Shown piece after piece: positions 1 through 8,437 of a stretch of DNA of 45,873 nucleotides. Each line of letters opens with the position of its first letter. Position 1 is the stretch's first letter. Made by a program: the position numbers and the translations under genes. This DNA is from Saliniramus sp. (lineage in GTDB: Bacteria; Pseudomonadota; Alphaproteobacteria; Rhizobiales; Beijerinckiaceae): NCBI RefSeq assembly GCF_035311605.1, contig NZ_DATGCW010000115.1:1-45873 (forward strand), written 5' to 3'. The notes under the pieces were generated by a model. That model did no database searches, had not been told where the DNA came from, and saw nothing but the letters and a program-made list of their open reading frames with translations.

Positions 1-245
1 TGCATCACGGCAGCCTCGCCATCGAGAGCGGTGAGGATGCCGGCACGCTGGTCAGCGTTGAGCTTCCCCTTGATTGCGGTGAGGAGGCGCGCGAAGAAGC
101 ACGGGCGCCGATCCCGATCCACATTGCGGCGCGCCAGCGCGAGAGACCGGATGCGGCACGCAACAAGGACAGCGAAAACAGCGGGGAAGCGTCGGAGACA
201 AACGGCGCGCGCAACAGGGACAGGGAGTACAAGCGCAGTGCGTGA
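1..245 (+). CDS. Sensor histidine kinase, C-terminal fragment (end of HATPase_c), possibly DivJ-like; partial
   Basis: The frame from nt 3 reads HHGSLAIESGEDAGTLVSVELPLD...KRSA* (TGA 243-245), matching the HATPase_c G3/terminal strand pattern. Not in the ORF track. Confidence 0.8.
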   Translation, partial: HHGSLAIESGEDAGTLVSVELPLDCGEEAREEARAPIPIHIAARQRERPDAARNKDSENSGEASETNGARNRDREYKRSA

Positions 246-249
246 CGGG

Positions 250-990
250 ATGGCGGTTCGATCGGGACGGGGTATGCGCAATACGGGGCGCCGGCGCACG
301 AACAATGCGTCGCAATGGGCCGGTCGGCTCGCGGCGGTAGCGCTGCGGCATCCGGGCGCCATGCTTGGTGCCCTGATATTCACGGCTGCGCTGACGGCGG
401 TCAGCGTCAATGCGCTTACCCTGCAGAGCGTACCCCATCCCGCACCGCTGTTCAGTGGTACTGCATCGCCCGAGCGCGTCACCGGACAAGTTGCACCACC
501 CACCGCACCACCCGTCGTGCCCCCCCGCCTGCAGGCCCCGGTCGATGCAGCGAACCGCGCCCCAGCGCAATCCGCGCCGGCACCGCAGTCACCCGCCGCC
601 GCCGCTCCGCCGGCCCGGCAGACGAGCGGGCCGCGTTCCATAGACGACCTGCTCGCCGCACCCGTTCCCCCGGCACGGCGTGCCCCGGTCGCTTCGGATG
701 GATCCGCGCCGCAGACGGGCGGCACGATCGCGAGCCTTCTGGCCGATGGCGACGGCCCCACCCGCACCGGCTCAACCGGCCCGACCGGCCCGGACGCCAT
801 CATCGCGAGCGCACAGCGCGCTCTCGATGCGCTCGGCTACGGCCCCTTGACGGCGGACGGGCTCTACGGCCCGATGACCCGTGGCGCGATCGAACGATTC
901 GAGCGTGATCAAGGGCTGACCGTGACCGGGCAACTCGTCCCGGCAACCGCGCAATCTCTGGCCCGCGAAGCGGGTACCGCCATCGAGTGA
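250..990 (+). CDS. Membrane-anchored, Pro/Ala-rich protein with C-terminal peptidoglycan-binding (PG_binding_1) domain
   Basis: TM segment (MLGALIFTAALTAVSVNAL), HPAPLF motif, low-complexity linker, C-terminal AQRALDALGYGPLTADGLYGPMTRGAIERFERDQGLTVTG. Start is ATG 250 or 274. Confidence 0.85.
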   Translation: MAVRSGRGMRNTGRRRTNNASQWAGRLAAVALRHPGAMLGALIFTAALTAVSVNALTLQSVPHPAPLFSGTASPERVTGQVAPPTAPPVVPPRLQAPVDAANRAPAQSAPAPQSPAAAAPPARQTSGPRSIDDLLAAPVPPARRAPVASDGSAPQTGGTIASLLADGDGPTRTGSTGPTGPDAIIASAQRALDALGYGPLTADGLYGPMTRGAIERFERDQGLTVTGQLVPATAQSLAREAGTAIE

Positions 991-1033
991 TCCGCGTCCA
1001 AGGCGCGGGTGCCATGTCGCGAGAGGAAACCGT

Positions 1034-1372
1034 TTGCGCCTGCGCTCCGATTTTTTCGCCTCCGCCCTGATCCGGCGCTGCGGCGTCGAGGACGTGGTCG
1101 GCGTGCTGCGCCGCCGTGGTGCGGCGGAGGCCGGCGCGATCTTCGTCAAGGTCGACCGCCTCGACGGCACCGCCGATCTCTACGGCCCGGCGCCACAGAG
1201 CCTCGTCGATTCAGAAAGCGGCGGTGAACGCCTCTTCACCCGGCTTCTGGAGGCGGCGCCGAGCCCGGATGTCGAGGCGAAGATGGGGCGCGAAATCCGC
1301 TTCGATCCCGATCTCTGGCTCATCGAGATCGAGGACCGCGCCGGTCGCGCCTTCATTGATACAATCGGCTGA
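1034..1372 (+). CDS. DUF1491 family protein
   Basis: MRLRSDFFASALIRR...RRGAAEAGAIFVK...FDPDLWLIEIEDRAGR; TTG start after a GAGG SD. Confidence 0.85.
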   Translation: MRLRSDFFASALIRRCGVEDVVGVLRRRGAAEAGAIFVKVDRLDGTADLYGPAPQSLVDSESGGERLFTRLLEAAPSPDVEAKMGREIRFDPDLWLIEIEDRAGRAFIDTIG

Positions 1373-1377
1373 ACGGC

Positions 1378-2556
1378 TCAATCGCGCAGCAGCGCCGCCA
1401 CCGCTTCGCCCGCCTTCACTGCATCCTCCTCGGCGTGATACGGGCCGAAGCCTACGCGCAGCCGGTCGCCGCGTACATCAGTGACCACCTTCCCCGCCGC
1501 GAGAAGCGCGTGCAGTTCCTGCGCGTCTGCGCGCCGGAAGGTTAGGAAATTACCGCGCTGCGCTTGTGAGAGCGGCAGGAGCAGATCGCTCTCGCGAAGA
1601 GCAGCCCCGCGTGCCTCCAGCCCCGCCACGAAGGCGCGCTGCAGCGCATGCGCATGCGCATGGATCGCCGCGACATCAATGCCCAGCCCCTCGAGCCAGC
1701 GCATCACCGCGTTGAAGCGATAGAGCGCGGTCGGGTCGAATGTCGCGCCCATGAAGCGATAGCCGTCCCCGGCATAGCCGACAATGCCGTCCTGGCTGGC
1801 CTCGAGGGCGGCGAAGGCCGCGTACCAGCCGGTGGCGCGCGGACGCAGGCCATAGCCCGGCGGGCAATGCATGAAGGCCGCGCCCTCGCCGCTCATCACG
1901 TATTTGTAACCGCCGCTCATGTAGAATACGCGCTCGGCCAAGCCTGAGAGATCCGTCGGCACGGCGAGATAGCCATGATAGCCGTCGATCACGACGAAGC
2001 TCTCGGGCGAAGGCACACAAGCCACGATCTGCGCCATCTCCCCAGCCGACAATGCGAAGCCGGAATTGAACAGCACTTGGCTGAACAGCACGATGTCGTG
2101 CCCGCCCACCGCCGCGCGCGCAGCGAATCGCTGCGCAAAATCCGCAAAGGGCTCCGCCGGCACATGCTCCACTTCGACGAGGCCGTCCTCCTCCAGCCGG
2201 CGTGCCAGGCGCGTGAAGGAGTGAAACTCGCCGTCGCTGGCGAGAATCTTCAGCCGTTTCTGCGCGGGAAAGCAGGAAAACAGCCGCAGCCAGAATTCGA
2301 AGGTGTTCTGCCCGAAGACCACGCTCGCCGGATCGGGCAGAGCCAACGTGCGCGCCACATGCGTCTGTGCCTCACGCCACACGTGCCCCATCACGTGCCC
2401 CCATTTGCCGTCGGCGAGCCGCGCCGCGTCGTCCCAGGCCTCGATTTGTGCCTCGCGGGTTACATCCGGCCAGAAATGATGCGAATGCGCGGCTAGATGG
2501 ATGCGCCCCGGTTCGGCGGCGAGGAAACGGGAGAAATGAGCGCGTAGGTCGAGCAT
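1378..2556 (-). CDS. Kynureninase-like PLP enzyme (aminotransferase class V fold)
   Basis: VIDGYH (PLP Asp), SGGYKY (Schiff-base Lys), GWY and terminal LRVGFG motifs; divergent from TDO. Confidence 0.75.
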   Translation of the reverse strand: MLDLRAHFSRFLAAEPGRIHLAAHSHHFWPDVTREAQIEAWDDAARLADGKWGHVMGHVWREAQTHVARTLALPDPASVVFGQNTFEFWLRLFSCFPAQKRLKILASDGEFHSFTRLARRLEEDGLVEVEHVPAEPFADFAQRFAARAAVGGHDIVLFSQVLFNSGFALSAGEMAQIVACVPSPESFVVIDGYHGYLAVPTDLSGLAERVFYMSGGYKYVMSGEGAAFMHCPPGYGLRPRATGWYAAFAALEASQDGIVGYAGDGYRFMGATFDPTALYRFNAVMRWLEGLGIDVAAIHAHAHALQRAFVAGLEARGAALRESDLLLPLSQAQRGNFLTFRRADAQELHALLAAGKVVTDVRGDRLRVGFGPYHAEEDAVKAGEAVAALLRD

Positions 2557-2612
2557 CGCGGCAGGCCTCGTCGATTTTCGCCGCGCGCACGTTCCGCTCG
2601 CGGCTTCCGCAT

Positions 2613-2634
2613 GATATTTTAAGTTTTAAATATC
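2613..2634. promoter_or_regulatory. AT-rich imperfect palindrome, putative operator in the divergent kynU-like/kynA intergenic region
   Basis: GATATTT-TAAGTTTT-AAATATC in otherwise GC-rich DNA. Confidence 0.55.
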
Positions 2635-2680
2635 TCGTGACAACAGCGGCGATCGTCAGACCCGCGAAGGAGCATGGTGG

Positions 2681-3499
2681 ATGAGCAGCGACGGCGTCCA
2701 TACCGATTTTTCCAAGGCCATGTCCTATGGCGATTATCTCGATCTCGACACCCTGCTCTCGGCGCAGAATCCGCTCTCGGACCAGCATGACGAGCCGCTC
2801 TTCATCGCCATCCACCAGGTGCAGGAATTGTGGATGAAGCTCTTCCTGCACGAACTCGATTTCGCGATGGCCCGCATCCGCGACGACGATCTGCGCCCCG
2901 CCTTCAAGGCGCTGGCGCGCTGCGGGCGCATCCAGGAGCAGTTGGTGCGCGCCTGGGACGTGCTTGCCACGATGACGCCCGCCGATTACCTCGCCTTCCG
3001 CGACAAGCTCGGCCATTCCTCCGGCTTCCAGTCGTTCCAGTACCGCATGATCGAGTTCAAGCTCGGCGCCAAGAAGGAGCTGATGCTGCGCCCGCATGCC
3101 CATAAACCCGCGCGCCACAATCCGCTCAAGGCCGCCTATGACGCGCCCTCGATCTATGACGAGGCGATGCGGCTGATGGCCCGGCGCGGGCTCGCGATCC
3201 CCGAACCGGTGCTGAACCGCGATGTGCGCGAGCCGCATGTCTACAATGCCGAGACCGCCGCGATCTGGGAGAAGGTCTATCGCGAATCGCAGACGTATTT
3301 CGATCTCTACGAACTCGCCGAGGAACTCGTCGATCTGGAGGATCTGATGCGGCAATGGCGCTTCCGCCATGTGACGGTGGTGGAACGCATCATCGGCATG
3401 CGCATGGGCACCGGCGGCTCCTCGGGGGTGGGTTATCTCAAAAGCATCCTCGACCACGCCTTCTTCCCGGAATTGTGGGGGCTGCGGACAAAGCTGTAA
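2681..3499 (+). CDS. kynA: Tryptophan 2,3-dioxygenase
   Basis: HDEPLFIAIHQVQELW, SSGFQSFQYR, GTGGSSGVGYL and FFPELW motifs. Confidence 0.95.
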   Translation: MSSDGVHTDFSKAMSYGDYLDLDTLLSAQNPLSDQHDEPLFIAIHQVQELWMKLFLHELDFAMARIRDDDLRPAFKALARCGRIQEQLVRAWDVLATMTPADYLAFRDKLGHSSGFQSFQYRMIEFKLGAKKELMLRPHAHKPARHNPLKAAYDAPSIYDEAMRLMARRGLAIPEPVLNRDVREPHVYNAETAAIWEKVYRESQTYFDLYELAEELVDLEDLMRQWRFRHVTVVERIIGMRMGTGGSSGVGYLKSILDHAFFPELWGLRTKL

Positions 3500-3620
3500 C
3501 GGGCTCGAACAGGTCATGAAGTGACCAATATGGCGTCGTAGGCGCGCATAATCGTCCGATAATGACGTCCGATCTGGCTTATTCTCTCATCAAACAGATG
3601 ATCACGAGAGGAGAACGCCC

Positions 3621-4487
3621 ATGTCTTCCGCCATGCTCAGCGAAAACGACAAGGACCATCCGCGCCATTACCTGCGCGATCAGGGCTTTGCGGATTACAC
3701 GCCGGAGGATCACGCCACCTGGGCGACCCTGGCACGGCGGCAGCGAGACGTTCTGCGGGGGCGCATCTGCGACAGTTTTCCCGAAGGGCTCGACGCGCTG
3801 GGGATTTCCGATGAGGGCATCCCGGATTTTCGCGTGATGAATGCACGCCTGCGCGAGGCCACCGGCTGGGAGGTCGTCGCGGTGCCGGGGCTGGTGCCGG
3901 ATATCACCTTCTTCACCCTGCTGGCCGAGCGCAAGTTCCCCGCCGGCTACTGGATCCGCAAGCCCGAGCAGATCGACTATATCGAGGAGCCGGACATCTT
4001 CCATGACGTCTTCGGCCATGTGCCGCTGATCATGCAGCAGGTCTATGCCGATTATCTGGAGGCGTACGGCAATGCCGGGCTCGCCGCGGCGCGCCACGGC
4101 ACCCTGCACCGGCTGGCGCGCCTCTACTGGTATACGGTGGAATTCGGCCTTGCCCGCACGGAGCAGGGCCTGCGCATCGTCGGCGCCGGCATCGCCTCGT
4201 CGCCATCGGAGACGGTATTCTCGCTGGAAAGCGAATCCCCCAACCGCGTCGGCTTCGATCTCGGTCGTGTCATGGGCACGAACTATCGCATCGATGATTT
4301 CCAGGAGACCTATTTCGTGCTCGACAGCCCGGATGCCTGGCCGGCGCTCGATCTCGAACAGCTGATTCCGCTGTGGCGAGAGCTTGATCGAGAGCGCGAT
4401 CTCTCGCCGGCTGATCTGCTGGAGAGCGACGTGATCCTGCATCGTGGCGACGGCGGCTATCACGCCGCCAAACGCGATGCGGCCTGA
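3621..4487 (+). CDS. phhA: Phenylalanine 4-monooxygenase
   Basis: EPDIFHDVFGHVP (Fe-binding His pair) and RLYWYTVEFG (Glu ligand); GGAG SD. Confidence 0.95.
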   Translation: MSSAMLSENDKDHPRHYLRDQGFADYTPEDHATWATLARRQRDVLRGRICDSFPEGLDALGISDEGIPDFRVMNARLREATGWEVVAVPGLVPDITFFTLLAERKFPAGYWIRKPEQIDYIEEPDIFHDVFGHVPLIMQQVYADYLEAYGNAGLAAARHGTLHRLARLYWYTVEFGLARTEQGLRIVGAGIASSPSETVFSLESESPNRVGFDLGRVMGTNYRIDDFQETYFVLDSPDAWPALDLEQLIPLWRELDRERDLSPADLLESDVILHRGDGGYHAAKRDAA

Positions 4488-4499
4488 ACGGGGCCCGCG

Positions 4500-5570
4500 T
4501 CAGTGAGGGGCCTGAACCAGGGGAAGCATCTCGTCCGGCTGTGAGACAGGCGTGAGGCTTTCGGCTTCGAGGGCCTCACGCGCCTTGGCGAGGCGGATCT
4601 CGGCGATGTCGAGGCGGGCCTGGACGGCGAAGATGCGCGCCTGGGCGTCGCGCTGGGCCTCGTTGATGCGCGCTTGCGTTTCCGCATCCTTGCGTTTGAG
4701 CGCGTCTTCGCGCGCAGCCAGCGTCTCTTCGAGACTTGTGAGATGCTCACGTGATTCCGCGCGATGGCGGGTGAGTGCTTCCTGTGCCGCATCGGCTTCG
4801 GCCTCGGCGGAGGCAATGCGCTCCTTCATGATCGCGAACGCGCGCGCGGCGCGCTCCTCGATATCGGCGCGCGTGGCCTCTGCCGCCTCGGCACGCTGCT
4901 CGGCCTTTTGCGCCCTGCGACAGGCCTCATCGAGGCGGTTTTGCATCTCGGCGAGACGCGTTTGCGCCTCATTGGCATAGCGCCGCGCCTCACCAACGAG
5001 GGAGTGCGTTTCCGCGAGCCGGCTTTCGGCCTCGTTCGCCCGCCTTTCGGCATCGGTTAGCGCCTCGGCATGGCGGTTGACCGCCGCCTCGGTCGCAACC
5101 AGCCGCTCCTCGTTCTGCCGCAACCGCCGCGCGATGGCCTCCGCGCCCTCCAGCGGATTTCGCTTTTGCGCAGGAGATTGGGCAAAAGACTGCGGAGCGG
5201 GCTGTGACGCGCGCTGCAAAGAAGCGGTCGGACAAGCGGCCTGCTGCGAGGGAGCCTTGTTAGCGACGCCTGGAGCCGCCGCCCGGGCCGGGGTCGTTTC
5301 CGCCTGATGGCCGGAATCGACGCGCCGGCTCGCCTGCGCATCGCGCATCGCTGCTTCGGCGAGACGCTCGGCCAGCCAGGCTGCCGGCGCGTTGCGCCAG
5401 CGCTCGAATTCCGCATCACGGGGCGTACGCTGCCCTGCCGGGGCGGGCTGCGCCATGGAAACCCGGGCCGGCCCGAGGCGCGACCCGATGTCGCCTCCGC
5501 GCACCACGGCAGCGGGTTTGCCGGCAATGCCGGTTCCGTTCTGGCGGGCAGCGGTTCCCACTGTCGGCAT
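4500..5570 (-). CDS. Hypothetical protein with disordered N-terminus and long coiled-coil C-terminus
   Basis: About 190 aa of Ala/Glu/Arg-rich heptads with 21-aa repeats (AERRANEAESRLAE / ARRYANEAQTRLAE); GAGG SD before ATG 5570. Confidence 0.75.
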   Translation of the reverse strand: MPTVGTAARQNGTGIAGKPAAVVRGGDIGSRLGPARVSMAQPAPAGQRTPRDAEFERWRNAPAAWLAERLAEAAMRDAQASRRVDSGHQAETTPARAAAPGVANKAPSQQAACPTASLQRASQPAPQSFAQSPAQKRNPLEGAEAIARRLRQNEERLVATEAAVNRHAEALTDAERRANEAESRLAETHSLVGEARRYANEAQTRLAEMQNRLDEACRRAQKAEQRAEAAEATRADIEERAARAFAIMKERIASAEAEADAAQEALTRHRAESREHLTSLEETLAAREDALKRKDAETQARINEAQRDAQARIFAVQARLDIAEIRLAKAREALEAESLTPVSQPDEMLPLVQAPH

Positions 5571-5650
5571 GGCGCAATCCTCGCTCGATCTCAACATGCG
5601 CCGCCTGATAACGACGCAACGTAAATGTGAATCATTTCTGAATGATCACC

Positions 5651-5666
5651 GTTAAAATTCGATTAA
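5651..5666 (-). promoter_or_regulatory. CtrA-binding box (TTAA-N7-TTAAC)
   Basis: Minus strand reads TTAA TCGAATT TTAAC, about 80 nt upstream of the coiled-coil gene; a GANTC site lies at 5629-5633. Confidence 0.65.
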
Positions 5667-5872
5667 ACAGCTTTAATTATAAGTTGTATTTTGATGCAAT
5701 TTAAGATAATATACACAATCAAAGATAACGTTACTACATCCCGTCTTCCGCTATCCTCGCAAGCCCGCTGCACTTCTATCCGCGACCGTTGGCATGCATT
5801 CCTGTGCAGGAATCGGCTGCGGGCGTGCATTGGGGTTGTGCTCATCTGCAAAAACCCGTCTACGCTTGGGAT

Positions 5873-7366
5873 ATGGAATGGCTTCTGGATCTTTACTGGC
5901 CGCATCTGACCTTCGCGGCGGGCCTGATCATCGGGCTCGTGGCGGCCCTGCATGCGGCCATGACCAAGGACGACGTCCGCTCAGCCCTCGGGTGGGTCGC
6001 GGTGGTGCTGTTCTCGCCTTTTCTGGGTGCGTTCTTCTATCTCGTGGCCGGAATAAACCGGGTGCGACGCGAGAGTGTGCAGCGCCGGCGCCGGCGCCGC
6101 AACCGTCCGCGCGACGCCCATGAAGAGGCGGCCCTGTCCGGGTCGATCACTGTTCCGGCTTTGGGTCGGCTTGGCGACAGCGTCTCGCCTTTCCGGCTGA
6201 AACCGGGCAACCGCATCACCCCGCTATCGGGTGGAGACGAAGCCTACCCCGCCATGCTGGAGGGAATCCGGGGTGCAAGGCGTTCCATCGCGCTCGCAAG
6301 CTACATCTTCGACCATGACGCAGCCGGCCTCGCCTTTGTCGAGGCGCTGGCGCAGGCGCGGGCGCGGGGCGTGCAGGTGAAGGTGCTGATCGACGGGGTC
6401 GGCTCGCGCTATTCGCGTCCGCCGGTCACCCGTGTCCTGGCATCGAAGGGTGTCGATACCGCCCTGTTCATGAGCAGCCTGTCAGGTCTGCGGCTCGCCT
6501 ATGCCAATCTGCGCAGCCACCGCAAGATCATGATTGTCGATGGCGAGACGGGCTTTACCGGCGGCATGAACATACGCGCCCATTTTCTTACCGAGGCAGC
6601 CGGGAGCAACGTGGCGCATGACACGCATTTCGAGGTCACAGGGCCGCTGATCGGCGAATTGATGACGATCTTCGCCGAGGATTGGGAATTCACCACCGGC
6701 GAGACGCTCAAGGGCGATGACTGGTTCGTGCATGACCGTGCCGAGCATGACCGCGCCGAGCATGACCGCGCCGAGCATGACCGTCACCGCTCACCCCGTC
6801 GGGACCGCGTTGCCCATGCCGCGCCGGCGCGCGCCATACCGTCAGGCCCGGACGAAACCCTCGAATCGACCCATGCCATGCTCATCGGTGCACTCGGCGA
6901 AGCGCGCGAACGGGTGATGCTGGCCACGCCCTATTTCCTGCCCGATCAGCAGCTCGTCGCCGCTTTCGGCGTCGCCGCACGGCGCGGCGTCGCCGTCGAT
7001 ATCGTGATCCCGCTGGCCAACAATCTCAGGCTCGTCGATTACGCCATGACGGCCCAGCTCGACCAGATCCTGCGCCATGGATGCCGCGTCTGGCGCGCGC
7101 GCGGGCCGTTCGATCACTCCAAGCTCTTCACCATCGACGGTATCTGGAGCTATCTCGGTTCCTCCAATATCGATCCACGCAGCCTGCGGCTGAATTTCGA
7201 GCTCGATGTCGAGGTTCATGATCCCGCGCTTGCCGGCTGGATCGAGGCGCGGTTGCAGGCACGGATCGGCGATGCGGTGCCCGAAACGCTCCTGAGCCTC
7301 GCCGCCCGCCCCGCCTGGCAACGCGTGCGCAACCGTCTGGTCTGGCTGGCATCACCATATTTGTGA
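5873..7366 (+). CDS. cls: Cardiolipin synthase / phospholipase D family
   Basis: Two N-terminal TM helices (PLDc_N) and two HKD motifs (HRKIMIVD, HSKLFTID). Confidence 0.9.
   Translation: MEWLLDLYWPHLTFAAGLIIGLVAALHAAMTKDDVRSALGWVAVVLFSPFLGAFFYLVAGINRVRRESVQRRRRRRNRPRDAHEEAALSGSITVPALGRLGDSVSPFRLKPGNRITPLSGGDEAYPAMLEGIRGARRSIALASYIFDHDAAGLAFVEALAQARARGVQVKVLIDGVGSRYSRPPVTRVLASKGVDTALFMSSLSGLRLAYANLRSHRKIMIVDGETGFTGGMNIRAHFLTEAAGSNVAHDTHFEVTGPLIGELMTIFAEDWEFTTGETLKGDDWFVHDRAEHDRAEHDRAEHDRHRSPRRDRVAHAAPARAIPSGPDETLESTHAMLIGALGEARERVMLATPYFLPDQQLVAAFGVAARRGVAVDIVIPLANNLRLVDYAMTAQLDQILRHGCRVWRARGPFDHSKLFTIDGIWSYLGSSNIDPRSLRLNFELDVEVHDPALAGWIEARLQARIGDAVPETLLSLAARPAWQRVRNRLVWLASPYL
6731..6784 (+). 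repeat. 15-bp in-frame tandem repeat (about 3.6 copies) inside cls
   Basis: CATGACCGYGCCGAG x3 plus CATGACCGT, encoding HDRAE-HDRAE-HDRAE-HDR. Confidence 0.95.
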
Positions 7367-7387
7367 AACGGTTGAAATTATGAAACA

Positions 7388-7858
7388 CTATATTTCAGCA
7401 AATTTAAAATAAAACAATACTGTAATCAAAATAAACAAATAAAAGCACCAATTATCAAATCTTAAAAAATTAGTCCGTAAATATTTATAGTAATCTTTAT
7501 TTTTGAATTTTTCTGGGTATAATGGTTTTTGGTAGCAATCTATATTAGAATGGTTCTCTGACAACGAAGTCCTGCCCATAATTTCAGAAATTTCTTGCAT
7601 AGTTATAATAAAAACATCCTTATAACTGTTTACCATTGTGTCGATGAAGTAGAAAGTTAAAATAAAACCAAAAATTATCCAGATACTAACATCAAAATCA
7701 GGCCTTGTTGCAGCAATTATCGATCCGGCCACGAGGGTAACGACCCACGCCCTGATCTTGAACGTGATCGCATCCAGCCCCCGAATACCACTCTCGCATT
7801 GCCGCCACTCCTCCATCATCACCTGGAATCGCTGATCGTCACTCAGCTGCATGACCAT
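7388..7858 (-). CDS. Hypothetical membrane protein (about 3 TM), AT-rich 3' part
   Basis: Intact ORF with a GAGG SD before ATG 7858 and three hydrophobic stretches; an open frame through very AT-rich DNA is unlikely by chance. Confidence 0.75.
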   Translation of the reverse strand: MVMQLSDDQRFQVMMEEWRQCESGIRGLDAITFKIRAWVVTLVAGSIIAATRPDFDVSIWIIFGFILTFYFIDTMVNSYKDVFIITMQEISEIMGRTSLSENHSNIDCYQKPLYPEKFKNKDYYKYLRTNFLRFDNWCFYLFILITVLFYFKFAEI

Positions 7859-8009
7859 GGGGCGCCTCTTTTCCAAAAAAACAATTTTTAATACAAGATA
7901 TGCTGATCATGCACCTGTCAACACGAAATCGGCTGCGGGCCGGGTAGCGGGGCTGTGCCGGCGCGTCGCTTTTGCTACAACGGGTTCAGTGAAAAGAAGG
8001 AGCCCCGCC

Positions 8010-8264
8010 ATGGGAATCGAAAGCCTCGTCATTTTCCTCATCATCGGCGCGCTTGCCGGCTGGATCGCCGGCGCGCTGGTGCGTGGCTCCGGCTTCGGCA
8101 TTCTCGGAAACATGGTGCTCGGCATTCTCGGCGCTTTCGCCGCCGGCATGATCCTGCCGCAACTCGGCTTCACTGTCGGCGGCGGCTTCCTCGCCGCCCT
8201 GATCCACGCCACCCTCGGCGCCGTCATCCTGCTGGTGCTGGTGCGGCTGGTGAAACGAATGTGA
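8010..8264 (+). CDS. GlsB/YeaQ/YmgE family stress-response membrane protein (transglycosylase-associated)
   Basis: IIGALAGWIAG...GFGILGNMVLGILGAF...ATLGAVILL; AAGGAG SD. Confidence 0.9.
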   Translation: MGIESLVIFLIIGALAGWIAGALVRGSGFGILGNMVLGILGAFAAGMILPQLGFTVGGGFLAALIHATLGAVILLVLVRLVKRM

Positions 8265-8437
8265 GGCACAACCCCGCATGAAGCGCTCGCCGGAACGCCC
8301 TCTCGATGGTGGAGAGGAGGGGGTAAGGGGGCATATCAGGATTGAAGGCGCAGCCGAATAAAGCGCGCGCATGATGAAGCACGCGACGTGGCTGCCTCGC
8401 CTGACACGGCAAGCGCCCCTTCATCCTGCAGGCGCCC

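Noticed and set aside
31-249. N-terminal extension of the PG-binding ORF given in the track
   Set aside because: It overlaps the real histidine kinase C-terminus in another frame; the true start is 250 or 274.
3582-3615. TCTCTC...GAGAGG hairpin that could occlude the phhA SD
   Set aside because: Short stem with no leader peptide or known aptamer; insufficient evidence for attenuation.
3621-4487. PhhA acting as a tryptophan hydroxylase feeding TDO
   Set aside because: It retains the Phe-type residues (PGL Leu and LYWY Trp) typical of bacterial phenylalanine hydroxylases; nothing in the sequence supports a specificity switch.
5663-5953. Short ORFs in the AT-rich region upstream of cls
   Set aside because: No SD or motifs; the region looks like a divergent promoter and partly overlaps cls.
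6731-6784. Tandem repeats as a CRISPR array
   Set aside because: 15-bp contiguous units with no spacers, in frame within a CDS, and no cas genes.
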